NCBI GenBank assembly: GCA_025054695.1
Contig: JANWZI010000003.1
Coordinates: 27,698-91,697 of the forward strand
Reading direction: 5' to 3'
Length of the DNA: 64,000 bases
DNA from: Myxococcota bacterium
GTDB lineage: Bacteria > Myxococcota_A > Polyangia > Polyangiales > JANWZI01
Of the stretch, positions 18,387 to 27,451 are shown one piece after another; position 1 is the stretch's first letter, and each line of letters opens with the position of its first letter. Made by a program: the position numbers and the translations under genes. Below the pieces are notes generated by a model. It was not told the DNA's origin. It ran no database searches and saw only the letters and a program-made list of their open reading frames with translations.

Positions 18387-21077
18387 GTGCTCGATCTGGG
18401 TCGCGTCGAGCCGGGCCTCGTTGGGGTGTGCGCGGACTACCTGCGCGGGTTGCGCGCCGGTCTGGTCGAGGACGTCCTGCGCGGCGCCGATGGTCGCGCC
18501 GTCTGCACGAAGCACGCACGTGGGCTCGACGGGCTGCTCTCGGCGCTGTGGTGCGCGGCGACGGCGTCAGCCCGCGCGCGAGCGATTGCGCCGCGCGGCG
18601 CCATGACCCTGGTGGCGGTGGGCGGTTACGGTCGCAGGCTCGTGCCGGTGCACGGCGACGTGGACCTGCTCGTGCTCGCCGACGATCCCGCCGAGCCCGC
18701 CGCGCACGCCATCGCCGAGGCCGTGCTCTATCCCCTGTGGGATCTAGGCGTGCCGGTGGGACACGCGGTCCGTTCGGTCGACGAGACGATCGCGCTCGCG
18801 CGGCACGAGACGCGGACCGCGACGACGCTCTTGGACGCGCGCCGGGTCGCGGGCGACCCGAGCCCGTTCGAACGGCTCGAGCGCGAGGGTCGCGAGAGCC
18901 TGATGCTCGCGTCCCCCGACGTCTTCCTCGAGGCGCTGCGCGTCGAGACGGCCGCGCGTCACGAACGATACGGCGACTCGATTTACCTGCTGGAGCCCGA
19001 GGTCAAGCTCGGCCGCGGTGGGTTGCGCGACATCGACGTGATCGGCTGGGTGCTCGGCGCGCGATGGGGCGCGCGCGTGCTCGAGCACGCCGTGCAGAGC
19101 GGAGCCCTGCTCGCCCGCGAGGCACACCAGCTCGACGCGGCGCACCGCATGCTTCTCGGCGTGCGCAACGAGCTGCACGTACGCGCCGGCCGCCGGCAAG
19201 ATCGGCTCACTTTCGCGGATCAAGAAGAGATCGCACGCCGCCGCGGCTTTGCGGACGAGACGGTCCTCGGTGTCGAACGCTTCATGCAGCAGTACTACCG
19301 GCACGCGCGAACCGTCACGCAGCTGCTCGAGCGAGTCTTCGACCGCGCGCGCCAGCCCGTGCGGCGCCTCCCACCTTCGCGTCGGGACCTCGGCGATGGA
19401 ACGTGGTGGTTCGACGGCCAGCTCGCGCTCGAATCCCGGGCGCGGCTCTTGGAGCAGCCCGTCGTCGCGCTGCGCCTCTATCGACGCTGCCTCGAGCTGG
19501 ACGCCGCCCCCTACCCGCACGCGCGCGATCTCGTCGCCGAAGCGGCATCCGATCCCGACTGGTGCGCGCGGCTGCGCGCCGACCCGGAGGCCGCCGCTCA
19601 CTGGCTCGCCCTGCTGACCCACGCGCCCCCGGCTCCGGTGCGGCGCGGCTCGATCCTCGCCGAGTTGCACGAGGTGGGGCTGTTGCTCGCGATGCTGCCG
19701 GAATTCGAGCCAGTCACCGGCCGCGTGCAGCACGACGTCTATCACGTGTACACGGTCGACGTGCATTCGGTCGCCACGGTCGACCGATTGCGCGCGCTGG
19801 TACGCGGCGAAATGCGCGCGCAGCTGCCCCTCGCCACGCGCCTCGCCGTCGAAGCGGGCCGCCGTCCCGCCCTCTTTCTCGGCCTGCTGCTGCACGACGT
19901 CGGCAAGGCTCACGGCAAGGACCACAGCCGCCGCGGCGCCGAGATGGCCGGTCCCATCGCCCGTCGCCTGGGCCTGGATCCCGGCGAGGCCGACCACGTC
20001 GCCTGGCTCGTCGCCGAGCACCTCTCGCTGTACCACTGGGCCACGCGGCGCGACCTGGCGGATCCCGAAACCCGCGCCGACCTTGCGCGCCGCGTCGGCT
20101 CGCTCGAACGGTTGCGCGATTTGTACCTGCTGACCGTGTGCGACCTGGGCACGACGAATCCGGGGGCGCTGAACGCGTGGAAATCGAGCCTGCTCGACGA
20201 CGCCTATCTCGCGCTGCACGACGAGATCGAGGCCGGTGGGGGTGAGCCGGCGACCGACAGGGTGCGGGCGCGCCGCGCGCAGATCGAAACGCGCCTGCTC
20301 GAGGAGCCTGCGGCGCGCGACTTCGTCCGCACCATGCCTGACCGATACGTGCTCGCCCACGATCCGGACGCGATCCTCCGCCACGCCCGCACCGTCGCCG
20401 CCCGGGCCCGCGGCGCCGTCGAGCTCGCGCTCGCTCCCGGTCCCTCGGTCGACGTCGCCGAGCTGCTGCTGTGCGCGGACGACCGCCCGGGACTGCTCGC
20501 CGACGTGGCCGCCGTGCTCGCGGCCCACCGGCTCTCCGTCGTCTCCGCCGAGGTCCACACACGTCCCCGGCCGGAGGGTGGCGCCGAGGCGGTCGACGTC
20601 TTCCTCGTTCGTCGCGAGCACGCCGAGAGTCCGCCGCTCGACGCCCATCGCTTCGAGCGGTTGCGCCGCGATCTGGGCGAGGTGCTCGAAGGCCGCAAGG
20701 ACGCATTGGCGCTGCTCTCTTCGCTGCCGCGTCCGCCGTCGTGGAGCCGCCGACGCATTCCGAGCGTGCCGACCGAAGTCCACGTCGACAACGCGGCGAG
20801 CCGGCACCACACGGTGGTCGAAGTCTTCACCCGCGACCGCATCGGTCTGCTCCACGTCATCGCGCGCACGCTCGCCGCACAGGGCGTCTCCATCGCGCTG
20901 TCTCGCATTGCGACCGAGGGCGCGCGAGCGACGGATGTATTCTACGTCACCAATCGAGACGGCGCGAAGATCGACGATCCGCAGCGGCTCTCGCGGCTGG
21001 CGGTCGTGCTGCGCGAGGCGCTGGAGCGATTCCACGCCGAGTCGGAAGCACGACCGGCGTCGGCGGAGCAAGCATGA
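18387..21077 (+). CDS. glnD: Bifunctional uridylyltransferase/uridylyl-removing enzyme GlnD
   Basis: In the frame of track ORF 17838..21077. The start must lie after the tRNA, at GTG 18387 (or GTG 18369). It has a nucleotidyltransferase motif (VAVGGYGRRLVPVHGDVDLLVL). An HD domain (LLLHDVGKAHGKDHS) and two C-terminal ACT domains are present. Confidence 0.9.
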   Translation: MLDLGRVEPGLVGVCADYLRGLRAGLVEDVLRGADGRAVCTKHARGLDGLLSALWCAATASARARAIAPRGAMTLVAVGGYGRRLVPVHGDVDLLVLADDPAEPAAHAIAEAVLYPLWDLGVPVGHAVRSVDETIALARHETRTATTLLDARRVAGDPSPFERLEREGRESLMLASPDVFLEALRVETAARHERYGDSIYLLEPEVKLGRGGLRDIDVIGWVLGARWGARVLEHAVQSGALLAREAHQLDAAHRMLLGVRNELHVRAGRRQDRLTFADQEEIARRRGFADETVLGVERFMQQYYRHARTVTQLLERVFDRARQPVRRLPPSRRDLGDGTWWFDGQLALESRARLLEQPVVALRLYRRCLELDAAPYPHARDLVAEAASDPDWCARLRADPEAAAHWLALLTHAPPAPVRRGSILAELHEVGLLLAMLPEFEPVTGRVQHDVYHVYTVDVHSVATVDRLRALVRGEMRAQLPLATRLAVEAGRRPALFLGLLLHDVGKAHGKDHSRRGAEMAGPIARRLGLDPGEADHVAWLVAEHLSLYHWATRRDLADPETRADLARRVGSLERLRDLYLLTVCDLGTTNPGALNAWKSSLLDDAYLALHDEIEAGGGEPATDRVRARRAQIETRLLEEPAARDFVRTMPDRYVLAHDPDAILRHARTVAARARGAVELALAPGPSVDVAELLLCADDRPGLLADVAAVLAAHRLSVVSAEVHTRPRPEGGAEAVDVFLVRREHAESPPLDAHRFERLRRDLGEVLEGRKDALALLSSLPRPPSWSRRRIPSVPTEVHVDNAASRHHTVVEVFTRDRIGLLHVIARTLAAQGVSIALSRIATEGARATDVFYVTNRDGAKIDDPQRLSRLAVVLREALERFHAESEARPASAEQA

Positions 21078-22132
21078 GGCCTGCGCCCCACGCCTGGCTG
21101 AGCGTCCTCGTTCTCGCCGGGTGCGGGGCAGGCTCGGTGCGGCCCGCACCCGCGCCCCCGACGGGCGACGTCGAGGCGACGTTCGACGAGCAGGCCCGTG
21201 CCCGCGGCAGACAGGACGAGCCACCCGCCGCCTCGCCCGAGGTGTTGCGGGCCGAGGAGCTGCTGGCCGCCGGGCGCGCGAGCGAGGCCCGTCGTGCGCT
21301 CGAGACCGTCGTCGCGTCGCATCCCGGGGATGCGCGCGCCCAGCTCGACCTCGGTCTCGCCTGCGAGATGCTCGAGGACGACGCGTGCGCCGAGCGCGCG
21401 TACCGGGCCGCCATCGCGGCCCGGGCGGACTTTCCCGAAGCCCACAACAACCTCGGGCTGCTGCTCCGCAACCGCGAACGGCTCGACGAGGCGATTGCGG
21501 CACTGCGCGAGGCCGTCCGGCTGCGACCCGACTATGCCTCGGCATGGCTCAACCTCGCCTTGGCGCTCGAGGAGCGCGGGGAGCTGCAACCGGCGAGCGA
21601 GGCCTACGAACGTGCGGCAAGTCTCGCACCGCGCGACCCGATGAGCCGCGTCAATCTCGGCCTGCTGCGCCTACGCATGGGCGATCGAGACACCGCGGCT
21701 CTCGAGCTGCGTCGCGCGCTGCCGCTCGCCCGCGGCAACCTCGCGGCGCTGCAGGCCATCGGCAACGGACTGCGCCGCGCAGGGCAAGCCGAGGCGGCCG
21801 CCGACGCGATGCGACAAGCCGTCGAGCTGGCCGGTGAGCAGGTCACGCCCGCACTCCTCTCGGAGCTCGCCCTGGCCGAGGCGGCGGCCGATCGGGGCGA
21901 ACGGGCCGAGGCGGCGCTTCGCCGGGCCATCGAGATCGACGAGCGCTACGGAACGGCCCACTTCCTGCTCGGAGTCGTGTTGCAAGCGCGCGGCGCCCAT
22001 GGCGATGCGGTGCGCCATTTCGAGCGATACCTCGCGCTGGAGCCGAACGGCCCGCAGGCTTCCGCAGCCCGCGAGCGACTCCAGGCCGCGCGTCGCAGCG
22101 CAAGGACGAGCGAGGGCCGCCCACGCCGCTGA
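21074..22132 (+). CDS. TPR-repeat lipoprotein
   Basis: ATG 21074 overlaps the glnD stop (ATGA); 352 aa. It has the lipobox VLVLAGCGAG and repeated TPR units (AEAHNNLGLLLRNRERLDEAIAALREAVRLRPDYASAWLNLALALEE...). Confidence 0.8.
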   Translation: MRPAPHAWLSVLVLAGCGAGSVRPAPAPPTGDVEATFDEQARARGRQDEPPAASPEVLRAEELLAAGRASEARRALETVVASHPGDARAQLDLGLACEMLEDDACAERAYRAAIAARADFPEAHNNLGLLLRNRERLDEAIAALREAVRLRPDYASAWLNLALALEERGELQPASEAYERAASLAPRDPMSRVNLGLLRLRMGDRDTAALELRRALPLARGNLAALQAIGNGLRRAGQAEAAADAMRQAVELAGEQVTPALLSELALAEAAADRGERAEAALRRAIEIDERYGTAHFLLGVVLQARGAHGDAVRHFERYLALEPNGPQASAARERLQAARRSARTSEGRPRR

Positions 22133-22160
22133 GTGCCCGCGGTTCGCGCGTGGCGACGCG

Positions 22161-22251
22161 GACCCCGAGCCCGAGGCCGAGTCCGAAAACGAGACCGCGT
22201 CCGAGTCCGAGTCTGAGCCCGAGCCCGACCTCGAGGCCGAGCCGGAGCCCG
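22161..22251 (-). repeat. Hexamer-periodic intergenic repeat array R5
   Basis: The + strand reads CCGAGC/CCGAGT/CCGAGG units. It fills the gap between convergent stops at 22132 and 22263. Confidence 0.85.
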
Positions 22252-22262
22252 ACGCATCTCCG

Positions 22263-23354
22263 TCAACGCACGACCTCGACGTCGATCCGGCACCAGCTCG
22301 TGCCGCCGTGGCCGTCGCGCACCACGACGTAGAGCGGCCTGGGTCCCGGTTCGGCCGGAGCCGTCCAGCGCTCCTCGCGTGCCGGTGCCCGCGTCAGCTC
22401 CGCTTCGAAGCGACCCGCGGTCGAGAAGAACGAGTAATACGCGTTCTCGCGTCCCGTCACGATCCGGCCCGCGACGTCGACGACGGGAAACATTTCGAGC
22501 CACGCTTCCTCGCCCGGCTCGGGCGCGACGATCACCTCCGTACCCGACTCGACCCGAACGGGCTCCGAACCGTCTTCCGGCGTGCAGAGGTGCGGATCGC
22601 CTCGACGCGCGGATAGCCAGCGTCCGTCGAACGCGAGACGCGGCGGTGGAGGATTGGTCCCCCGCGGCACGCGAGGCGAGACCATCATCCGCTTGAACGC
22701 CAGCGCCACGCGCCGGCCCTCCTCGTCTTCGATGGCGACGTCGAGCACGAGGGGAACACCCACATCCTGGGCGATCGCGCGCAGCACCTCGCGGGGTAGC
22801 GCATCGCCGAGGGCCGCGCCGAGCCATTCGATCGCCGCGTGGGCGCGTGCCGTCAGCTCGCCGGACACGACGGCCTCGCCCTCGTGCACGTCGAGATCGG
22901 CCCGAAGCGCGTCGGGCACCGCGTCGCATCCCTCGGACGGCGACTCGGGCGCGTACTGAATGCCCGAAAGCCCCGGCACCTGCTCCGCGCGTACGCACGC
23001 ACGCCAGCGCAGCCGCAGCCCCTCGGTCGCCCAGTCGACCACCGTGCGGCCGTCCGCGCGCACGAAGAGAACCTTCGCGCGCGCGCCCTGCCCCGGTGCG
23101 ACCTCGGGCGGCTCGACCCGCACGGCGAGCACGCGGTCGGTGTCGATGATGCTCCGGCGGCGAAGCTGCGGACTCTCGCACGCGCTCAGCGAGAGCAACG
23201 CGGCGAGCCCAGCGGCGCACCGACGGGCCCAGCTCAGCGACGACGACGTTCCGTGGCGCCAGGACGCACCGAGCGCTCCCGCACGAGCTCCGCGCGCGCC
23301 GCCCGACGACCGACGCGCGTCCCGACGTACGACACCGGAGCGATCCCCGTTCAC
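22263..23354 (-). CDS. Hypothetical lipoprotein coupled to the TonB-dependent receptor gene
   Basis: GTG 23354 overlaps the upstream stop (GTGA), in the frame of track ORF 22263..25919. It has the lipobox AALLSLSACESP. I recognise no family. Confidence 0.55.
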   Translation of the reverse strand: MNGDRSGVVRRDARRSSGGARGARAGALGASWRHGTSSSLSWARRCAAGLAALLSLSACESPQLRRRSIIDTDRVLAVRVEPPEVAPGQGARAKVLFVRADGRTVVDWATEGLRLRWRACVRAEQVPGLSGIQYAPESPSEGCDAVPDALRADLDVHEGEAVVSGELTARAHAAIEWLGAALGDALPREVLRAIAQDVGVPLVLDVAIEDEEGRRVALAFKRMMVSPRVPRGTNPPPPRLAFDGRWLSARRGDPHLCTPEDGSEPVRVESGTEVIVAPEPGEEAWLEMFPVVDVAGRIVTGRENAYYSFFSTAGRFEAELTRAPAREERWTAPAEPGPRPLYVVVRDGHGGTSWCRIDVEVVR

Positions 23355-25816
23355 GGATCCCTCCGCGCCTCGGCCTCGGCACTCCATTCGAGCCGGAGTC
23401 CGACGGTCGCGAGAAGCGGCAGACCGGGCAACGGCGCCCGTTGCCGGAAATCGTACGAGTAGATCCATCCCTCGGCGTTGTCGGCCCAATAGACGTTGAT
23501 GACGTCGAGGTACACCGAGCCGGTCAGCGGACCGAGCCGCAGGTCGCGATCGACGCGCAGGTCGAGCTGGTGGAACGTCGGCAGCCGCCCCGTCAGCCCC
23601 CCGCGCAACGAGTCGAATCCATCGCGGTCCGCGTCGTACTCCGCCCCGAGCACGGGCCGATCCGGCCGTCCCGTGGACAGACTGAATCGGGCACCCACGC
23701 GCCATCCGGCCACCGCGTAGCTCGCCGCCAGATGCAGCGTGTGACGCTGGTCGAAGAAGAACGGCACCACGCGGCCTCCCTCGAGAAAGCGCTCGGACCA
23801 GGACAGCGTGTACGACAGCCAGCCGTACAGCCCGCGCTCCAGGCGCCGCCGCACGAGCAGCTCCCAGCCCCAGGCGCGTCCCATCCCGTCGTCGACGAAC
23901 GCCTGACGGCGCAGCATCCCGTCCTCGACACGCAGCCGGTTGGTCGTGCGCGGCAGTCGGAACATGCGCGAGTAGAACAGCTGCGACTCGATCTCCACGT
24001 CGAGCGGAAGGCGCGCCTCGACGCCGCCCGAGCTCTGCCACGCGCGCATCGGCCGCGCGACGTCGTTGCCGAACGAGGTCGCGATCTGGAACGGCTGCGG
24101 CGGTTGCGAGAACAGGCCCGTGGCGGCCTTGACGGTGACGGCGTCGGTCAGGCGCAGGCGCAGCACGCCTCTCGGATCGAGCTCGACCGTCGAGACCTCG
24201 GCGTATCTGTAGTGGTCGACGCGCAGCCCGCCCGTCAGCTCGACCGGACCGAGGCCGTGCACGTGCTCGACGTAGCCCGCCGCTCCGAGCTGGGTCGCGT
24301 ACACGGTCAGCGCGCTCGTCGTCGTGCCCGCCACGCGCGGCTGCGGAAACTCGCCGAGCCCGGGCGGTGTCGGAAACGTGCTGAACAGACGGTAACGCGC
24401 GGCCCACACGTCGAGGCCCGCGCTGCTGCGCGCGCGCTCCGTCCAGGGAACGACGAGGTCGAGCCGCTGACCGAGCGTGACGGCCTCGACGAGCGCCCGG
24501 ACGTCGATCCCGCCCGGCTCGCGCTGCAACAGGTCGCTCTCGTCCCGACCGACCGCGCCCGACCACGCGAGCGTCGCGCCGCCACCCAGCCGCGCGAGCA
24601 GCCGCCCGTGCGCACGCTGGAACGCGTAACCGACCCCCGTGCGAACCTGCTCCTCGGAGACCCCCGCCCCAGCCGCCTGCGTCACGTCGAGCCGGTCGTC
24701 CGAGCCGAACACGAAGAGCGAGGCCTCGAGCCGCGTCCCGATGCGATGCCGGGCGCGGAGCTGCCAGTCGCCGAAGGACAGATCGACTCCGTCGAGCAGC
24801 AACGGCAAGAGCAGCTCGTAGTAGCTGCGTCGTGCCGCGATGGCCGCCGAGCCGCGATCGCCGAGCGGCGCGGCGAGCAACACGCTCGCGCGGAACAGGT
24901 CGACCTCGCCTTCGGCGTGCAGCCCGCGGACGGGCGGCGCGTCGGTCTGAATCGCGATGACGCCCGCGCCGAACCGGCCCAGGCGTACCGGATAGCCGCC
25001 GGGATAAAAATCGAGCTCCGTCACCAGGCGCGAGCTGATGACGGCCGGCCCCGCTCCCAGGTGATAGAGAATGGGAACGGGGAAGCCGTCGACGAAGAAG
25101 CCCGTGTTGTCGAAGGAGGCGCCGCGCACGAAAAAGTAGCCGAGTCCGAACGGCGTGCGCGCCACGCCGGGCAGCGTGGCCACGACGCGCAGCGGCTCGC
25201 CGAACGTGCCCGGCACGCTCGTCAGCTCGGCGCCTTCGAGCGTCAGTCGTGTCGCGGCTCCCGGTTCGGGCCGGCGCACCCGCGCGCGCGCGCCGAACTG
25301 CGGTGCGGCCGACTCGATCGGCTCGACGACGAGGGTCGGAGCGACGGGAACGCCCTGCGAGCCCGACTCGGTGGCTCGCCCGTCGACCGCACGCTCCTCG
25401 GCGGACGCGACCGGTCGCGCCGCGTCCGACGGCTCGCCCCGATCCTGCGGGTCCGCCCGCACGTCCGGAGGCGGCGGTTCGCGCGCTTCGGCGACGACAC
25501 GGAGGCGAAGACGAACGCGCGAGGGGACGGGGCGGCCGTCGCGCATCGCAGGTGCAAACCGCGCCCGCAGCGCCGCCTCCATGGCCCGTGCGTCCACGTC
25601 GGGTCGTAGCGGAGCGAGCACGGTCGCCTCGGTGACCGTGCCCGTCGCATCGATCGTCACGGCCAGCTCGACGAATCCGTCGGCCGGCAACGGATCGGCA
25701 TCCGGGGGCAACCGGACGTCGGGCACCTCGAGGGCCCTGGGGGGAACCAGTTCGCCGGACTGTGCGCGAACGATGCAGCTCGCCAGCGTCGAGGCACCCA
25801 GCACGAGCGCGAGCAC
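23351..25816 (-). CDS. TonB-dependent receptor-like outer membrane protein with an N-terminal TonB-C-like domain
   Basis: ORF track, 821 aa (GTG start). The N-terminal 100 aa resemble a TonB C-terminal fold (FVELAVTIDATGTVTEATVLAPLRPDVDARAMEAALRARFAPAMRDGRPV). A plug-like segment follows (TSVPGTFGEPLRVVATLPGVARTPFGLGYFFVRGASFDNTGFFVDGFPV), then a long beta-barrel-like region rich in alternating aromatic and Gly residues. Confidence 0.75.
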   Translation of the reverse strand: MLALVLGASTLASCIVRAQSGELVPPRALEVPDVRLPPDADPLPADGFVELAVTIDATGTVTEATVLAPLRPDVDARAMEAALRARFAPAMRDGRPVPSRVRLRLRVVAEAREPPPPDVRADPQDRGEPSDAARPVASAEERAVDGRATESGSQGVPVAPTLVVEPIESAAPQFGARARVRRPEPGAATRLTLEGAELTSVPGTFGEPLRVVATLPGVARTPFGLGYFFVRGASFDNTGFFVDGFPVPILYHLGAGPAVISSRLVTELDFYPGGYPVRLGRFGAGVIAIQTDAPPVRGLHAEGEVDLFRASVLLAAPLGDRGSAAIAARRSYYELLLPLLLDGVDLSFGDWQLRARHRIGTRLEASLFVFGSDDRLDVTQAAGAGVSEEQVRTGVGYAFQRAHGRLLARLGGGATLAWSGAVGRDESDLLQREPGGIDVRALVEAVTLGQRLDLVVPWTERARSSAGLDVWAARYRLFSTFPTPPGLGEFPQPRVAGTTTSALTVYATQLGAAGYVEHVHGLGPVELTGGLRVDHYRYAEVSTVELDPRGVLRLRLTDAVTVKAATGLFSQPPQPFQIATSFGNDVARPMRAWQSSGGVEARLPLDVEIESQLFYSRMFRLPRTTNRLRVEDGMLRRQAFVDDGMGRAWGWELLVRRRLERGLYGWLSYTLSWSERFLEGGRVVPFFFDQRHTLHLAASYAVAGWRVGARFSLSTGRPDRPVLGAEYDADRDGFDSLRGGLTGRLPTFHQLDLRVDRDLRLGPLTGSVYLDVINVYWADNAEGWIYSYDFRQRAPLPGLPLLATVGLRLEWSAEAEARRDP

Positions 25817-25947
25817 GGCCGAGACCGAAACTTACACGGCGCCGGTCGCATCGCATGCGCGACCGCGATGTCCGAGTCGGCTCACCCGGGGCGATGCGAG
25901 GCGCGTCGGCGCGGCACACACAGATCGAGCAATTGCGGGCGTTCCAC

Positions 25948-25975
25948 TTGACCGGAACCGCGCACCGATTAGCTT
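25948..25975 (+). promoter_or_regulatory. Candidate sigma70-type promoter upstream of rplC
   Basis: TTGACC, a 16-nt spacer, then TAGCTT, about 50 nt upstream of ATG 26024. It has the same TTGAC-N16-TAGCxT layout as the tRNA promoter candidate. Confidence 0.35.
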
Positions 25976-26023
25976 TGCGCGCCCTGCCGCGGACGACGAG
26001 CGCTGCGGCGCCGGAGTCGGTCC

Positions 26024-26698
26024 ATGAACACGAACGTCGGCCTCATCGGCAAGAAGCTCGGGTGCACGCAGATCTTCGCGGACGACGGAACGGTCCTGCG
26101 CGTGACCGTGATCGAGGCAGGGCCGTGCGTCGTGCTCGGCAAGCGAACGCCGGAACGCGACGGCTATTCGGCCCTCCAGATCGGATGGGGGCGCAAGCGA
26201 GACAAGGCCGTCCGCAAGCCCGAGAAGGGATTCTTCGACAAGATCGGCGTGCAGCCCGTCGCGGTCGTGCGTGAGCTGCGCGTGCCGCCGGAGGTGGCCG
26301 CCCGCTACCAGGTGGGCCAGAGCATCGCGGTCTCCGACGTCTTCCGCGTCGGCCAGAAGGTCGACGTGCAGGGGCGCACCAAGGGCCGCGGGTTCACCGG
26401 TGTCGTCAAGCGCTGGAACTTCAAGGGAAGCAGGACCTCGACGCACGGCACGCACGAGTATCAGCGACACGGTGGAGCCATCGGCACGCGTCTGACGCCC
26501 GGCCGCACCTTTCCCGGCATGCGAATGGCCGGCCGCTACGGCAACGAGAAGCTGACCGTCCTTTCGTTGCGGCTCGTGAAGATCGTCGAGTCGGAGAACC
26601 TGCTGCTCGTCGAGGGGGGCGTGCCCGGCCCCAACGAGGGCATCGTGCTCGTCCGTCCTGGCGTCAAGGACGTCGCGCCCGCCGCGGCCGCTTCGTGA
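26024..26698 (+). CDS. rplC: 50S ribosomal protein L3 (stand-alone copy, not in an S10 operon context)
   Basis: ORF track, 224 aa. It is colinear with bacterial uL3 throughout: [77 protein letters not shown]. There is no rpsJ upstream and no rplD downstream. Confidence 0.9.
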   Translation: MNTNVGLIGKKLGCTQIFADDGTVLRVTVIEAGPCVVLGKRTPERDGYSALQIGWGRKRDKAVRKPEKGFFDKIGVQPVAVVRELRVPPEVAARYQVGQSIAVSDVFRVGQKVDVQGRTKGRGFTGVVKRWNFKGSRTSTHGTHEYQRHGGAIGTRLTPGRTFPGMRMAGRYGNEKLTVLSLRLVKIVESENLLLVEGGVPGPNEGIVLVRPGVKDVAPAAAAS

Positions 26699-27315
26699 CC
26701 CGCGGCCGCCGGCTCCAGGACCACTGGGGCCGACGCGCGCGGCGCGAGGGCTGGCCCGCTCGAAGCGTCTACAAGCTCGCCGAGATCGACCGACGCCTCG
26801 GGCTGCTTCGTCCGGGCGCCCGCGTCCTCGATCTGGGCGCCGCGCCGGGAAGCTGGGCAATGTACGCCGCCGAGCGCATCGGCCCGCCCGGGCGGCTCGT
26901 CGCGGTCGACGTGCGACCGCTCGAAGTCGCGTTGCCGGCCAACGTCCAGGTCGAGCAAGCCGACGTCTTCGAGCTCGAAGCCGAGACGCTCGGCTGCTTC
27001 GACGTCGTGCTCTCGGACATGGCGCCGTCGACGAGCGGTCACGGCATCGTGGACGTCGGCCGCAGCGAAGCCCTGTTCGAGCGCGCCCTCGAGCTGGCGC
27101 GGACCGTGCTGGTGCCCGGCGGCGCGTTCGTCGGCAAGGTGTTCCAGGGACCCGGGCTCGTCGCACTGCGCGCGAAGCTTCAGTCGAGCTTCGAGCAAGT
27201 CCGCGTGCTTCGCCCCGAAGCGACGCGCCGCGAGAGCCGCGAACTGTTCCTCGCCGGGCTGCGCCGACGGTCGATGCCGGAGCCCCCGTCCGGCGCGAGC
27301 ACGCCGACGCGTTGA
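26695..27315 (+). CDS. rlmE: 23S rRNA (uridine2552-2'-O)-methyltransferase RlmE/FtsJ
   Basis: ORF track, 206 aa. The GTG start overlaps the rplC stop (GTGA). Motifs are RSVYKLAEID, the SAM motif VLDLGAAPGSW, DVVLSDMAP, and GGAFVGKVFQG. Confidence 0.9.
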   Translation: MTRGRRLQDHWGRRARREGWPARSVYKLAEIDRRLGLLRPGARVLDLGAAPGSWAMYAAERIGPPGRLVAVDVRPLEVALPANVQVEQADVFELEAETLGCFDVVLSDMAPSTSGHGIVDVGRSEALFERALELARTVLVPGGAFVGKVFQGPGLVALRAKLQSSFEQVRVLRPEATRRESRELFLAGLRRRSMPEPPSGASTPTR

Positions 27316-27390
27316 TCGCGGCACGCGCGGATTCGGACTCCGACTCACCACGGCGGTCACGTGGGCCGACGTTGCCGAGTGGCGTTGCAC

Positions 27391-27448
27391 GTCCGAGACC
27401 GAGTCTGAGACCGAGCCTGAGTCCGAGTCCGAAGCCGTGTCCGTGTCG
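27391..27448 (-). repeat. Hexamer-periodic intergenic repeat array R6
   Basis: The + strand reads CCGAGA/CCGAGT/CCGAGC units between convergent stops at 27315 and 27452. A short opposite-orientation fragment (TTCGGACTCCGACTC) lies at about 27331-27347. Confidence 0.8.
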
Positions 27449-27451
27449 CCC

